Of a DNA stretch of 64,000 nucleotides, positions 41,615 to 50,741 are shown one piece after another (position 1 is the stretch's first letter; every line of letters begins with the position of its first letter). A program made the position numbers and the translations under genes. The stretch is from an uncultured virus (IMG/VR IMGVR_UViG_3300021306_000185). Lineage: Duplodnaviria; Heunggongvirae; Uroviricota; Caudoviricetes. Under the pieces are notes generated by a model that saw only the letters and a list, made by a program, of their open reading frames with translations, was not told where the DNA came from and did not search any database. Where the stretch lies: the IMG/VR virus record IMGVR_UViG_3300021306_000185. The stretch is one strand, 5' to 3'.

Positions 41615-42976
41615 GTGTTTCACGTCATTCCCATATCGTCCGAGCTGACCATTAGTGCTACGCCACTTGGTGCGAAGAGTATACGCCATCTCTACTTCGA
41701 GAATAAGAACGACGGACTCTTCCGCTTCAAGACTGCGCCCGACACGATCTCCATATCTATAGATGGCAAGCAGATATGCAGAGACTTGCTCGTTCTGCCG
41801 TTCTGCACCTCGTCGCCATACTCGCCAGACAGATTTGCTTGGCAGAAAGTGGCGCTTGAGGTCAACGTCAACTGCAACCTGTCGGAGATAAGAATACAGT
41901 CCTCGGCACTCGGTGATTTCAACGTCATCATGGTCTGCTCGGACGAGGGAGTTGACGAGTCGCTCGGCTTTGATTTCTTTGAGACTAAACGTATTACGCT
42001 GCGCAAGACTGCCAATATCAGCGTCATTCGCAAGGCGTTGCAGGAGGCTTTCGACAAGGCGGCATTGACGACAACGACAAGCGGAGACGGCAATTCTTCC
42101 GCAAGCTCATCATCAATGGAGTTGACCAAAGCGGACGTTGCTCGACTGTGGGAGCGGTTCATTGCCGACCAGCACGGCGTGGAGTGGAAACACACCATTT
42201 CTGGCGAGACGACGGTGCTTCTGAGAACGGCGCAATATACTCGAAACGGAGTCAAAGCACCGTCACCGCAAGAACCTTTGGCGTGCCTCTCGAAGTTCAC
42301 GAAACTCTTCTCGTTGACGGCACGAACAGTCTTCACCGAGGGCGGCTTTCCATCACTCATCATCGAAGGAACGCCCAAGGCATCACCCGATAATCTGATG
42401 TACTTAGGCGGGAATGGTGCGGTGGTGAAGATTGCCGACAGCGCGGCGTTTTCGGTACGTATTGACGATGCTGTTTACACGACCGCCGACTACTGCACCG
42501 ACAAGAGCATCGAGGGAACGGAGGTCCGCAAGGAAGACCTCTTCAGGATGGCCTCGTGGGTGCAACAAAAGGCACTCTACAACAGTGAGTTTTTTCGCCA
42601 GGAGAACATCTTCCGCTTCGACCATGAGCCGAAGATGATGTTCGTCTATAACCTCACGCGCATCCACTCGCCCAAGTCGAATGCCGACGACATTTGGCTG
42701 CATTGCGACTATCCGCTGACCTTCACACTGTCGGGGGCTGGACGTGAGATAACAGAGCCTGATACCGACCTCGAACTCTATACAGCAAACGACCGCATAC
42801 CCATGCGCGATGCGCTGATGACATTTGATGTCGAGGACGGCGTGACACGATCCATATCCGTCAATGTCAACAGACGCAAAGACGTGCGAGGGGCTGATAT
42901 AGCTATCACCAAACACCCAGTGATGTTCGCCGACTGGACGCTGTTCTTCCTGTTCGGTTACAAGAAAATAGTCTAA
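41615..42976 (+). CDS. Beta-rich structural protein (minor capsid/vertex candidate)
   Basis: GTG start; N- and C-terminal segments resemble the next ORF. Confidence 0.5.
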   Translation: MFHVIPISSELTISATPLGAKSIRHLYFENKNDGLFRFKTAPDTISISIDGKQICRDLLVLPFCTSSPYSPDRFAWQKVALEVNVNCNLSEIRIQSSALGDFNVIMVCSDEGVDESLGFDFFETKRITLRKTANISVIRKALQEAFDKAALTTTTSGDGNSSASSSSMELTKADVARLWERFIADQHGVEWKHTISGETTVLLRTAQYTRNGVKAPSPQEPLACLSKFTKLFSLTARTVFTEGGFPSLIIEGTPKASPDNLMYLGGNGAVVKIADSAAFSVRIDDAVYTTADYCTDKSIEGTEVRKEDLFRMASWVQQKALYNSEFFRQENIFRFDHEPKMMFVYNLTRIHSPKSNADDIWLHCDYPLTFTLSGAGREITEPDTDLELYTANDRIPMRDALMTFDVEDGVTRSISVNVNRRKDVRGADIAITKHPVMFADWTLFFLFGYKKIV

Positions 42977-42988
42977 CCACAAACAACC

Positions 42989-43393
42989 ATGAAGAGAAGC
43001 TTTCAGATATTCAGGAACATAATAGCCAAGGGCATAATCGAGAGTACCGACTCGGAGACGAATAAAGTCACGGCGGGCGGCAACATTGTGTCGCTGACGG
43101 ACCAGCTGCGCCAGGACTTTACGAAATGCGTGGGCGTGTTCGTCGTGCCACAGTCGGCAAGCACCGATTTGTCGGGCGTGACATGCTCGCTAAAGATTGC
43201 GCAGAACGAGATACTGCCAGACGGCTTCGACCTCTCGCTCATCGCGTTCAAAGGCGAGGTGTCGCTCGGGCAGACGATTTACGATTTCTCTAAAGATGAG
43301 ATACCAGCCAAGTCGAGCGAGTTCGAGATGATCCTAACGAACAACACCAAGACCGACCAGATGTTCAACCTCTATTTCGTGCTTGAGCGATGA
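42989..43393 (+). CDS. Small beta-sandwich-like structural protein (penton candidate)
   Basis: Alternating strands, e.g. CSLKIAQNEILP and FNLYFVLE. Confidence 0.5.
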   Translation: MKRSFQIFRNIIAKGIIESTDSETNKVTAGGNIVSLTDQLRQDFTKCVGVFVVPQSASTDLSGVTCSLKIAQNEILPDGFDLSLIAFKGEVSLGQTIYDFSKDEIPAKSSEFEMILTNNTKTDQMFNLYFVLER

Positions 43394-43923
43394 TTTATGT
43401 GGCTACGATAGAGATTCCAGACCATAAGAAATGGGGCGCGGTACATCAGGTGGAAGTCATTCTGCCATCGCAAGTGCGCCACGTCAGAGCCTTCTGGAGC
43501 AACGTCACGCTGCCGACCACGAGTGTTTTGCAGAAGGTCATTTGCGCTGCAAAGAAAGATTTGAAACAGACCGCTTACGGCGATCGCTCAGTGCAGATTG
43601 GCTCTCTGTCGGCTACGCTCAACAATACGCATGTGGTTGCGGATTCAACGCCTCTCTGCGTATTGAGCAAGGCCAATAAGGGCACTATAGATATGGTTCG
43701 CACGATGCTGCCGCAAGGTGGCATCGACGTGGAGAATGGTTCGGCACTACGCATCATCATTGAAGAGAAGCTGTTTGAACCTTTCGAGCGTGAAGATGAG
43801 CGACTGTCGCTTGACGATACGTGCGAGGCTCTCGACTACTTCAGTCTGACAGCGGACGGCAAACCCAAGAACGTGAGTACGAACGGCTACACTGCCAAAT
43901 TCTACATGGAGTATGATAAGTAG
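43390..43923 (+). CDS. Beta-rich hypothetical structural protein
   Basis: ATGA coupling; strand pattern. Confidence 0.55.
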   Translation: MIYVATIEIPDHKKWGAVHQVEVILPSQVRHVRAFWSNVTLPTTSVLQKVICAAKKDLKQTAYGDRSVQIGSLSATLNNTHVVADSTPLCVLSKANKGTIDMVRTMLPQGGIDVENGSALRIIIEEKLFEPFEREDERLSLDDTCEALDYFSLTADGKPKNVSTNGYTAKFYMEYDK

Positions 43924-44296
43924 ACTCGCATACATAGAGCAGCAACGCTTCGAGCGCATGGGCTTCAAGACGGTTGTCACACCAACAAGCATCACAGTCA
44001 CATCGCCATTGCAGATAATGCAGCTGATGAACGATAGCTACATACTTACGGGCATACGAGCTTCCGCACCAAACCTCGTGGAGGATTTGAACGAAGTGTG
44101 CCTAATCTCGCCAACTGATAGCCTTTTGGCGACAGAACAGGAGATTGCGACGCTTGGCACGACAACAAACCGCATGTTTCGCAACTATCTCATCATCAAG
44201 ACGACAGGCGCTAAAGCGTATTCAGCAGAGGACAAGATCACGCCGTTCCGCCTCGACTTCATTCGTGTAACTCCAATCATTCAACAGAAACGATGA
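43913..44296 (+). CDS. Hypothetical structural protein
   Basis: Coupled ORF in the operon. Confidence 0.55.
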   Translation: MISRLAYIEQQRFERMGFKTVVTPTSITVTSPLQIMQLMNDSYILTGIRASAPNLVEDLNEVCLISPTDSLLATEQEIATLGTTTNRMFRNYLIIKTTGAKAYSAEDKITPFRLDFIRVTPIIQQKR

Positions 44297-45426
44297 CTCA
44301 AACCGAAATACAACTCACACAGAACAACCTCGTGGCGAAGCTCCGCACGTGCAACAAGAAGGTACGTTGGAGCATTGCCTACACTAAGCAGGGCGACCCA
44401 ACAGTGCGCGAGTTCGACTCGTCGTATGAGGATGGTGCGCTCGCAGCTGCCAGTGTTGAGGAGAAACTGAACCTGCTTTTGAAGGACTCGCATATCGACT
44501 ACATCCGCGTGGACATGGGCAACTCGCGCGTCAGGAGCAAGGACTATGTGGAGTTTGTACTTCGGGATTCGCATCCGTTGAATGGCTTAACGCCAAGTCG
44601 TGCTGGTGAGGTCGAGATACTTTCGTCCGACACACGCGATGTGCGCAACGCTAAGGCCGCATACAACCAGATGCACGGTAATGCGCCGTTTGGGAACGTG
44701 AACGCTATGCTCGGACTGCTCGGCTTCGACATAGGTCTCAATGGAGCAGACGACAACTCGCCTCTCGGTGGCCTTGGTGCTATTCTGGCAGTGCGTGATG
44801 GAAATATACGCCAGCAGTACGAGATGAAGGAGCAGTCGAGATTGCTCGATGTAGCGCATCAAGATGCAGCAACGCTTCGAGAGGAGATTGCTTCGCTGAA
44901 AGGTGAGATAGCTACCAAGGACAAGACAATTGAGAAGCTATCTCGCAAGTTGGAAAGAAGTGAGGAACGTGTCGAGGAACTTGAGAAGATGAAGCCAGAG
45001 AACTCACTCGGTGGCATCGCTCTCAAGGCTCTTGGGCAGAGCATCCTTACGGGCGTTGTCAAGTCGAACACGGGCGTTATCAGTGCGCTATCGGGCATAC
45101 CCAAACCAGCACTCGATGCAGCTATGGCAGCTCAGGATGATGGCATGGGACAATACACAGCAGAGACGGATGATGATGCAGATGTGGAGGTGGAATCTGA
45201 AGATTTACGTTCTGGGCAAATACAGCAGATAGGGACATGGGCAAAAGGATTGACCGACGATGAGTTCAACCAGTTCTTGGCCATAATGAATGTCTTTATG
45301 CTCAACAAGCAGTCGATGACGAGTCTCTACAATCAGTGGAAAATGGCGACAGTGCAGACACAACACGCGCAAGCGCAACCTCGTGGGGCTGTTATGCACG
45401 ACGATAAAGATTTGAAACTACGATAG
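44293..45426 (+). CDS. Coiled-coil protein with LxG motifs
   Basis: Heptad segment LREEIASLKGEIATKDKTIEKL; PLNGL, GLNGA, PLGGLG. Confidence 0.7.
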   Translation: MTQTEIQLTQNNLVAKLRTCNKKVRWSIAYTKQGDPTVREFDSSYEDGALAAASVEEKLNLLLKDSHIDYIRVDMGNSRVRSKDYVEFVLRDSHPLNGLTPSRAGEVEILSSDTRDVRNAKAAYNQMHGNAPFGNVNAMLGLLGFDIGLNGADDNSPLGGLGAILAVRDGNIRQQYEMKEQSRLLDVAHQDAATLREEIASLKGEIATKDKTIEKLSRKLERSEERVEELEKMKPENSLGGIALKALGQSILTGVVKSNTGVISALSGIPKPALDAAMAAQDDGMGQYTAETDDDADVEVESEDLRSGQIQQIGTWAKGLTDDEFNQFLAIMNVFMLNKQSMTSLYNQWKMATVQTQHAQAQPRGAVMHDDKDLKLR

Positions 45427-45428
45427 CC

Positions 45429-46226
45429 ATGGCAGAGAAGTTCAAAGTAAACCCCATCACAGGCAAGTTCGACATGGTTGGCGACGGCAGTGGCAGCGAG
45501 GGCATGACCTACACCAATGCCGAGAAGACCATTGAGACAATCGGCGGTGTGAAGGCTGGTACATCGTTCGAGAACGCCACGATGGAGGATGTATTCAACA
45601 TGCTCTTCTATCCTGAGCGTGCACCGCTAATCTCGCTTTCAGCAAGCGATACCAACTACAATCGTGAAATTGGTGACGTCATCGATAAGCTCACGCTGAC
45701 GGCAACGACTACCAAGAAATCGTATGCAATCAAGTTGGTAAAGCTATCGGAAGGGCAGTCTATCGCTGCACCAAATGCTGCTGGCGGCGCTGAGATTTTC
45801 ATCGTTATGAACGTTGGTAAGAACGTCTCGTTTACTGCCACTGTTGCCGATGAAAAAGGTCTAACAGGAAAATCGAACGAGATAAAGTATGCTTTCCGCA
45901 GACCTATCTACTACGGCATCGTAGCTGATACCAACGCTAACCCAGGTATAACCCAAGGGCTAACGAAGGTCATACCTACGGCGAACAGCGGCACTATCAC
46001 GGCGGCATTCGGGAAGTTCGACTCGATGCGCATGATCGTGGCTGTGGCTGGTACAGTCTCGGACATACTTAACCCGTCGGGCTACAAGATTCTGAACTCG
46101 TTCGATACTCGGTTTGTCATCAAGATTCCGTGTCTCGATGGGCAGGAAGTGCCTTACAACATCTACATCTCTAACCCAAACAAGCAGGAGTCATATACCT
46201 GCAAAATCACTTACTCACTCAACTGA
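45429..46226 (+). CDS. Putative spike/fibre protein, Ig-like
   Basis: FKVNPITGKFD N-terminus; TIGGVKAGT; beta-rich. Confidence 0.55.
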   Translation: MAEKFKVNPITGKFDMVGDGSGSEGMTYTNAEKTIETIGGVKAGTSFENATMEDVFNMLFYPERAPLISLSASDTNYNREIGDVIDKLTLTATTTKKSYAIKLVKLSEGQSIAAPNAAGGAEIFIVMNVGKNVSFTATVADEKGLTGKSNEIKYAFRRPIYYGIVADTNANPGITQGLTKVIPTANSGTITAAFGKFDSMRMIVAVAGTVSDILNPSGYKILNSFDTRFVIKIPCLDGQEVPYNIYISNPNKQESYTCKITYSLN

Positions 46227-46552
46227 TGTCAAACTCTTTCGGCAAAGGCATAGCGATGAACTGCGGCTTCGACATGGGCTCACAAGAGCTCGTGGACAAC
46301 CGCTGTCGCTTCGATTCGTTGGCGGAACGCGATGCGCTTGAGGAGATCAAGCGTGCCGTGGGTTTGCAGGTCTTTGTGCGAGAGACAGACACTGTCTACG
46401 TGTGGAATGGCAAGGAGTGGATAGCTGTCGGGGGTGCGAATGACGAGGGCGAGTATCAGGTGTTCGAGAACCACTTCTTAGCATCCGAGGCGGGCAAAGA
46501 GATTGCCGACTGCCATAACTCCGATAACACTAAAGATGACTGTCTGAAATGA
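46226..46552 (+). CDS. Putative fibre-associated protein
   Basis: LAERDAL....R..GLQVFVRE...YVWNG motif. Confidence 0.55.
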   Translation: MSNSFGKGIAMNCGFDMGSQELVDNRCRFDSLAERDALEEIKRAVGLQVFVRETDTVYVWNGKEWIAVGGANDEGEYQVFENHFLASEAGKEIADCHNSDNTKDDCLK

Positions 46553-47076
46553 TTACGAGCGATTCCAACATAATGCAGAAACAGGGCGACTTCATCGCTC
46601 GCAAACTCATGCTCATGGAGGCTCGTCTCAGGGAGTGTGAGCGGCTGCTTGAATTGTACAAATGCAAGTGCAACGACAAGGATAAACTGACTTTCGAGGA
46701 TTTCGTCGAGTGTGATAGTCCTGTTGTCATTGCTGACACCATTGAGTTCAGTGATTTCGTAGAGTGCAGTAGTCCTGTTGTTATTGCCGATATTATTGAG
46801 TTCAGTGATTTCGTCGAGTGCGGTACTCCTATTGTCATTGCCGATACCATTGAGTTCGGTGATTTTGTAGATGCGAAAGGAGACATACTGACGTTCAAAG
46901 ACTTCGTGGATGCGAACGGCAATACATTGACGTTCAAAGACTTTGTGAATACGAATAGCAATCAATTGACATTCTCAAACTTCATAGAAACGAGCAAGAA
47001 CACCATGACCTTCGGCAACTTCGTGAACCAGACGGCCTCAACGCTAACCTTCAATAACTACATCAATCATGAGTAA
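46549..47076 (+). CDS. Repeat protein (3 x 18 aa, then about 5 x 13 aa)
   Basis: DFVECxxPVVIADxIEFS and DFVxxxxxxLTF units. Confidence 0.75.
   Translation: MITSDSNIMQKQGDFIARKLMLMEARLRECERLLELYKCKCNDKDKLTFEDFVECDSPVVIADTIEFSDFVECSSPVVIADIIEFSDFVECGTPIVIADTIEFGDFVDAKGDILTFKDFVDANGNTLTFKDFVNTNSNQLTFSNFIETSKNTMTFGNFVNQTASTLTFNNYINHE
46699..47067 (+). repeat. Coding tandem repeats: 54-bp x3, then degenerate 39-bp units
   Basis: 54-bp units start at 46699, 46753 and 46807; 39-bp units from 46861. Confidence 0.85.
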
Positions 47077-47593
47077 ATACGCGCTCTCCTTCACCACTCA
47101 GGGCAACGACCTGAACACCTACTACTTAGCCGCATCTGTACTTGGTATGGTAGCGACAAAGTACAGCAGTTCGTCTGTAAACATAAATACCAATAACGGA
47201 TTCAACAACTCATCCTACGCCAAAACGTTCCAGACGTTCATCGATGGCGTTTTCGATGCTAAGTATTGGAAGACATCTGTCAAGTGCATCCCCGCAGCTA
47301 AGATGTTCGCCATGAGCAACGTCTCCAACAATGCCACGAAGACTGCTACGGCGGTCTCTTACAGCTCTACAACGACAGGTACGACGGCCAACAACAGCCT
47401 ATCGGGACTCAACTCTTGGCTCAATGGCTTAACGGGCTACAATCAGTGGTCGTTAGCTGTCAACCAGTCTGTGCCCTACGTCAACTACAAGATTTCGTGC
47501 ATGAGCGAGACCGACTACAAGGATCTCGTCAATGCCGTCATCAAGGCAGGCAACCTCACTGGGTATTCACAGACCAACTCTCCAGTTCAGTAA
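47069..47593 (+). CDS. S/T/N-rich hypothetical protein
   Basis: Coupled ORF. Confidence 0.65.
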   Translation: MSKYALSFTTQGNDLNTYYLAASVLGMVATKYSSSSVNINTNNGFNNSSYAKTFQTFIDGVFDAKYWKTSVKCIPAAKMFAMSNVSNNATKTATAVSYSSTTTGTTANNSLSGLNSWLNGLTGYNQWSLAVNQSVPYVNYKISCMSETDYKDLVNAVIKAGNLTGYSQTNSPVQ

Positions 47594-47628
47594 ACTCTTA
47601 ACTCTAAACTTTTAACTCTTAACTATTT

Positions 47629-48021
47629 ATGGTACTCAACACAATTCTCGCAAAGATTGGTGACTTTCTTGGTCGCAAGTTCAAGCTCATCGCAAGTCAG
47701 TTCGACAACATCATCAACGTTGTCATCCCCAAGGCCAAGACCGAGGCTGTCACCGAAGCCAAGAAGTACACCGACGACAAGTGCACCGTCGTTCTCAACG
47801 AGGCTAAGGCGTACACCAATACACAGATAAACAACCTCGTCAACGGTGCGCCCGAGGCTCTCGACACCCTCAAGGAACTCGCCGATGCCGTCGGTCAGAA
47901 TGGCGACATCATCACCACCATCAACAACACGCTCAATGGCATTGGTACTTACGAAGAGTTCGTTGCGGCATTCAACGAGCAGGTCGGTAAGGACAGCATT
48001 TTCTATGAGAAGACAGCCTAA
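47629..48021 (+). CDS. Fibre-like protein with GAPEALDTLKELADA motif
   Basis: Motif typical of phage fibres; EAKKYTD/EAKAYTN repeats. Confidence 0.7.
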   Translation: MVLNTILAKIGDFLGRKFKLIASQFDNIINVVIPKAKTEAVTEAKKYTDDKCTVVLNEAKAYTNTQINNLVNGAPEALDTLKELADAVGQNGDIITTINNTLNGIGTYEEFVAAFNEQVGKDSIFYEKTA

Positions 48022-48040
48022 CCACTAATCCCGAACCACC

Positions 48041-48406
48041 ATGTTTGAAACGCTTCAACAATGGATGGCACTTGTACTCGTACCGCTCACCAGCGCAATA
48101 ACCTGGTGGGCGGCGAGGCACAAGCGCAACACAGAGCAGGCGCAACTCGACAACGACACCGTCAACGATCTCCGCAAGACCGTCGATGACTGCGTAGAGC
48201 AGAACAAACAGCTCTACGATAAGATTTTTCAGTTGCGTGTAGACTATGCGCAAATCAAGACCGAGTGCATCGAACTCGACAGCAAGAACAAGCAACTCGC
48301 GCAGACAATCGACATGCTCAAGCGTGCCAACGAGGAACTGAATCAGACTATCGATGCGCTCCGCAACGAGAATGAACAACTAAGAAAACTAATCTGTAGA
48401 GGTTAA
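48041..48406 (+). CDS. N-terminal TM plus coiled coil; holin-like
   Basis: Single TM then heptads; near the lysis genes. Confidence 0.55.
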   Translation: MFETLQQWMALVLVPLTSAITWWAARHKRNTEQAQLDNDTVNDLRKTVDDCVEQNKQLYDKIFQLRVDYAQIKTECIELDSKNKQLAQTIDMLKRANEELNQTIDALRNENEQLRKLICRG

Positions 48407-48751
48407 AGTTTGGCGAGGGAACGTGTAATAGACATTTAGTGCAAAGAAAGGAATTTCTAGTATGGCCAACACGCCAAATACGCTACGTGTAACTGCAAGT
48501 CCTATAAGGCCTATTGAGTATAAGCCAAACACTATTATCATTATTGCCGATAGACAATGATTTGTTTTACGTTTCAATAGACAAAAAGCAGCCCATAAAA
48601 ACAAAGGACTTGGTATCACTATTATCCATGCAATCCAGATAAGAAAGGCTACGAAAACATTATCATCATTAGCACCGTGCAACACAAGAGCCAAGATAAT
48701 AATGCTTGCCAAACTAACTAGTATGTCAACATAAGCGAGAATCCTTTTCAT
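48389..48751 (-). CDS. AT-rich four-TM membrane protein, antisense to the operon
   Basis: Four hydrophobic segments; composition shift. Confidence 0.7.
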   Translation of the reverse strand: MKRILAYVDILVSLASIIILALVLHGANDDNVFVAFLIWIAWIIVIPSPLFLWAAFCLLKRKTNHCLSAIMIIVFGLYSIGLIGLAVTRSVFGVLAILEIPFFALNVYYTFPRQTLTSTD

Positions 48752-48790
48752 ATTAATCCGAAAATATTACCGCAAAAGTAATAAATTACC

Positions 48791-48964
48791 ATGCAATACA
48801 AACTCTCAATCAAAGTAGATGCGAGCGGTGAAGCCGAGGTAAAGCAACTCGGCACGCTCCTCCAAAAGGTGCTATCTACGTCCGACAAGCAAGATGTTAT
48901 CCGCTTGCTCGACAAGGTGGTCAAGAACCCACTCCTCATCAAGACAGCTCTAAAATTCGCATGA
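48791..48964 (+). CDS. 57-aa protein MQYKLSIKV...KTALKFA (not in the ORF track)
   Basis: ATG at 48791; stop overlaps the next ATG (ATGA). Confidence 0.65.
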   Translation: MQYKLSIKVDASGEAEVKQLGTLLQKVLSTSDKQDVIRLLDKVVKNPLLIKTALKFA

Positions 48965-49386
48965 GCAGAATACTTATAGGCATACTAATGATGATGCTCG
49001 TCGTGAGCTGTCGACCGACGCAATACATAGAGACTGTGCGAAGGGTCGAGGTGCGCGATACGCTCATAGTTACGAAGCCCGACACTGCCAGTCTGCACGC
49101 GCTCATCGAGTGCGACTCGCTTGGCAACTTACTCGTACGTGAGATTGAGGCGCTGCAAGGTGAACGTGCGAAGGTCAACACAAATGTCAAGTTTAACAAC
49201 CATAAGGAAGCCGAGATAAACACTGTGTACATACTTCAGCCAGACACGGTCTACGTACCTATGTACCGAGAGAAGGAGACGACGACACAAACTGTTGCGC
49301 CAGAGGAAAAGCCCGACTTATGGTTTGCGTGGCTGCTCATCGGCATCATCATCGGCTGCTTAATCACATTCAAGCTAATCAGATGA
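48961..49386 (+). CDS. Lipoprotein with C-terminal TM; unimolecular spanin-like
   Basis: Lipobox LVVSC; C-terminal hydrophobic helix. Confidence 0.6.
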   Translation: MSRILIGILMMMLVVSCRPTQYIETVRRVEVRDTLIVTKPDTASLHALIECDSLGNLLVREIEALQGERAKVNTNVKFNNHKEAEINTVYILQPDTVYVPMYREKETTTQTVAPEEKPDLWFAWLLIGIIIGCLITFKLIR

Positions 49387-49856
49387 ATCTATCCGACAAT
49401 CAATTGCGTGTATTGCTCAAAGCGGCTGGCATCACGGCACTTGGTGTGACGGCGCTCGTCATAGGCGTGCGCATTGTCAAGCGCATACGCGAGGGTCGCA
49501 ACGAGCGTGAATTGTCAAACGCCGTCAACAGTCTGACCACAACCGACAATGAGATCTCAGCGACAATAACTTCCGAGCAGGCCAAGATATTCGCAAACAC
49601 GCTCTTCGAAGCGTTCAATGTCTGGAATGGTACGGATACCGATGTCATCAAGTCCGTCATCGCCAAGCTGAAGAATGGTAAGGACTGGCTCGCGGTTATC
49701 AAGGCGTTCGGTGTCAAGCCATACGGCACGACAGGCACGCCGTGGTTCGGCGATGGCATCCAGCTCGACCTCGTAGGTTGGTTTCGCAAGGAGCTCAGCG
49801 GCTCGATGATGGAGGAGATAGAGACTAAGCTCAGTAAGTATGGAATCAACATATAA
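49383..49856 (+). CDS. TM-anchored protein with annexin-like repeat
   Basis: ATGA-coupled start at 49383; LFEAF...GTDTDVI...L...ELSG pattern. Confidence 0.55.
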   Translation: MNLSDNQLRVLLKAAGITALGVTALVIGVRIVKRIREGRNERELSNAVNSLTTTDNEISATITSEQAKIFANTLFEAFNVWNGTDTDVIKSVIAKLKNGKDWLAVIKAFGVKPYGTTGTPWFGDGIQLDLVGWFRKELSGSMMEEIETKLSKYGINI

Positions 49857-50382
49857 CCGCAAGTGGACAATTCTTCTTGTGGCTGGCATAGCTACGACTG
49901 CTGCTGGCATAATCATCTACCGCAAATACAAGACTCAAATCATGAACCTCGTTGACAAGACAAAACTCGCTCTCGTGGGGCGGACTATCAATAAGATTAT
50001 CGTTCACTGCACCGCCACTCGTCCCTCGCAAGCCTGCACAGTCGAACTGATTGACAAGTGGCATCGTGAGCGTGGGTTCGACTGCATTGGCTATCACTAC
50101 GTCATTTATAGAGACGGTTCGGTGCATGAAGGCAGACCGCTGTCGAAAGTCGGGGCGCATTGCGTTGGGCAGAACTCGAACTCCATCGGCATATCGTATT
50201 GTGGCGGTGTGGCTGAGGACGGCAAGACACCGCAAGACAATCGAACTGATACACAGAAAGCCTCGCTTCGTCAACTTATCAAAGAACTCCGTCAGGCATA
50301 CGGCAATATTCCAGTCTATGGTCATCGTGACTTCGCCAACAAAGCCTGCCCATCATTCGACGCAAAATCAGAATTCAACTAA
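49840..50382 (+). CDS. N-acetylmuramoyl-L-alanine amidase (T7 lysozyme-like) with N-terminal TM
   Basis: IIVHCTAT, GYHY, GAHC, GHRDF and KACP motifs. Confidence 0.93.
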   Translation: MESTYNRKWTILLVAGIATTAAGIIIYRKYKTQIMNLVDKTKLALVGRTINKIIVHCTATRPSQACTVELIDKWHRERGFDCIGYHYVIYRDGSVHEGRPLSKVGAHCVGQNSNSIGISYCGGVAEDGKTPQDNRTDTQKASLRQLIKELRQAYGNIPVYGHRDFANKACPSFDAKSEFN

Positions 50383-50394
50383 CACGTAATAATC

Positions 50395-50712
50395 ATGGCA
50401 ACAAAGAAAACCACCAAGCGCAAGATAACTACGCGCACCTACAAGAAGCGCACGACAACTCGCAAGAAAACCGCTCGCAAGCGCACAACACGTTCAACAA
50501 GTAAGAAAACGACCAGCGTGTCTGGTTCGGTATGGAAAGCAATCCGCAAGGCTGCTGCCATTGTCCGCAGTGCTGTCCGTGCCAAGACGCACAACGAGAC
50601 AGCCGCTCGCAAGGCAGGACGTGCCGTTCGTGGTGCTGCTCGTCAGACTATCAAGAAGAACGTTGGCGCATCGGCTCTCAACGGTGTGAGGCGTGGCCGT
50701 CGCAGCCGTTAG
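50395..50712 (+). CDS. Very basic K/R/T-rich putative DNA-condensing protein
   Basis: Histone H1/protamine-like composition; only one acidic residue. Confidence 0.7.
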   Translation: MATKKTTKRKITTRTYKKRTTTRKKTARKRTTRSTSKKTTSVSGSVWKAIRKAAAIVRSAVRAKTHNETAARKAGRAVRGAARQTIKKNVGASALNGVRRGRRSR

Positions 50713-50741
50713 TGCAGCTCTCATCGCAACAACAATAATCT

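Noticed and set aside
41692..42982. Long antisense ORFs here and opposite TMP and brxC
   Set aside because: Shadow frames of well-supported genes, with no motifs
46699..47067. CRISPR array or DGR template/variable repeat
   Set aside because: In-frame coding repeats; no reverse transcriptase in the window
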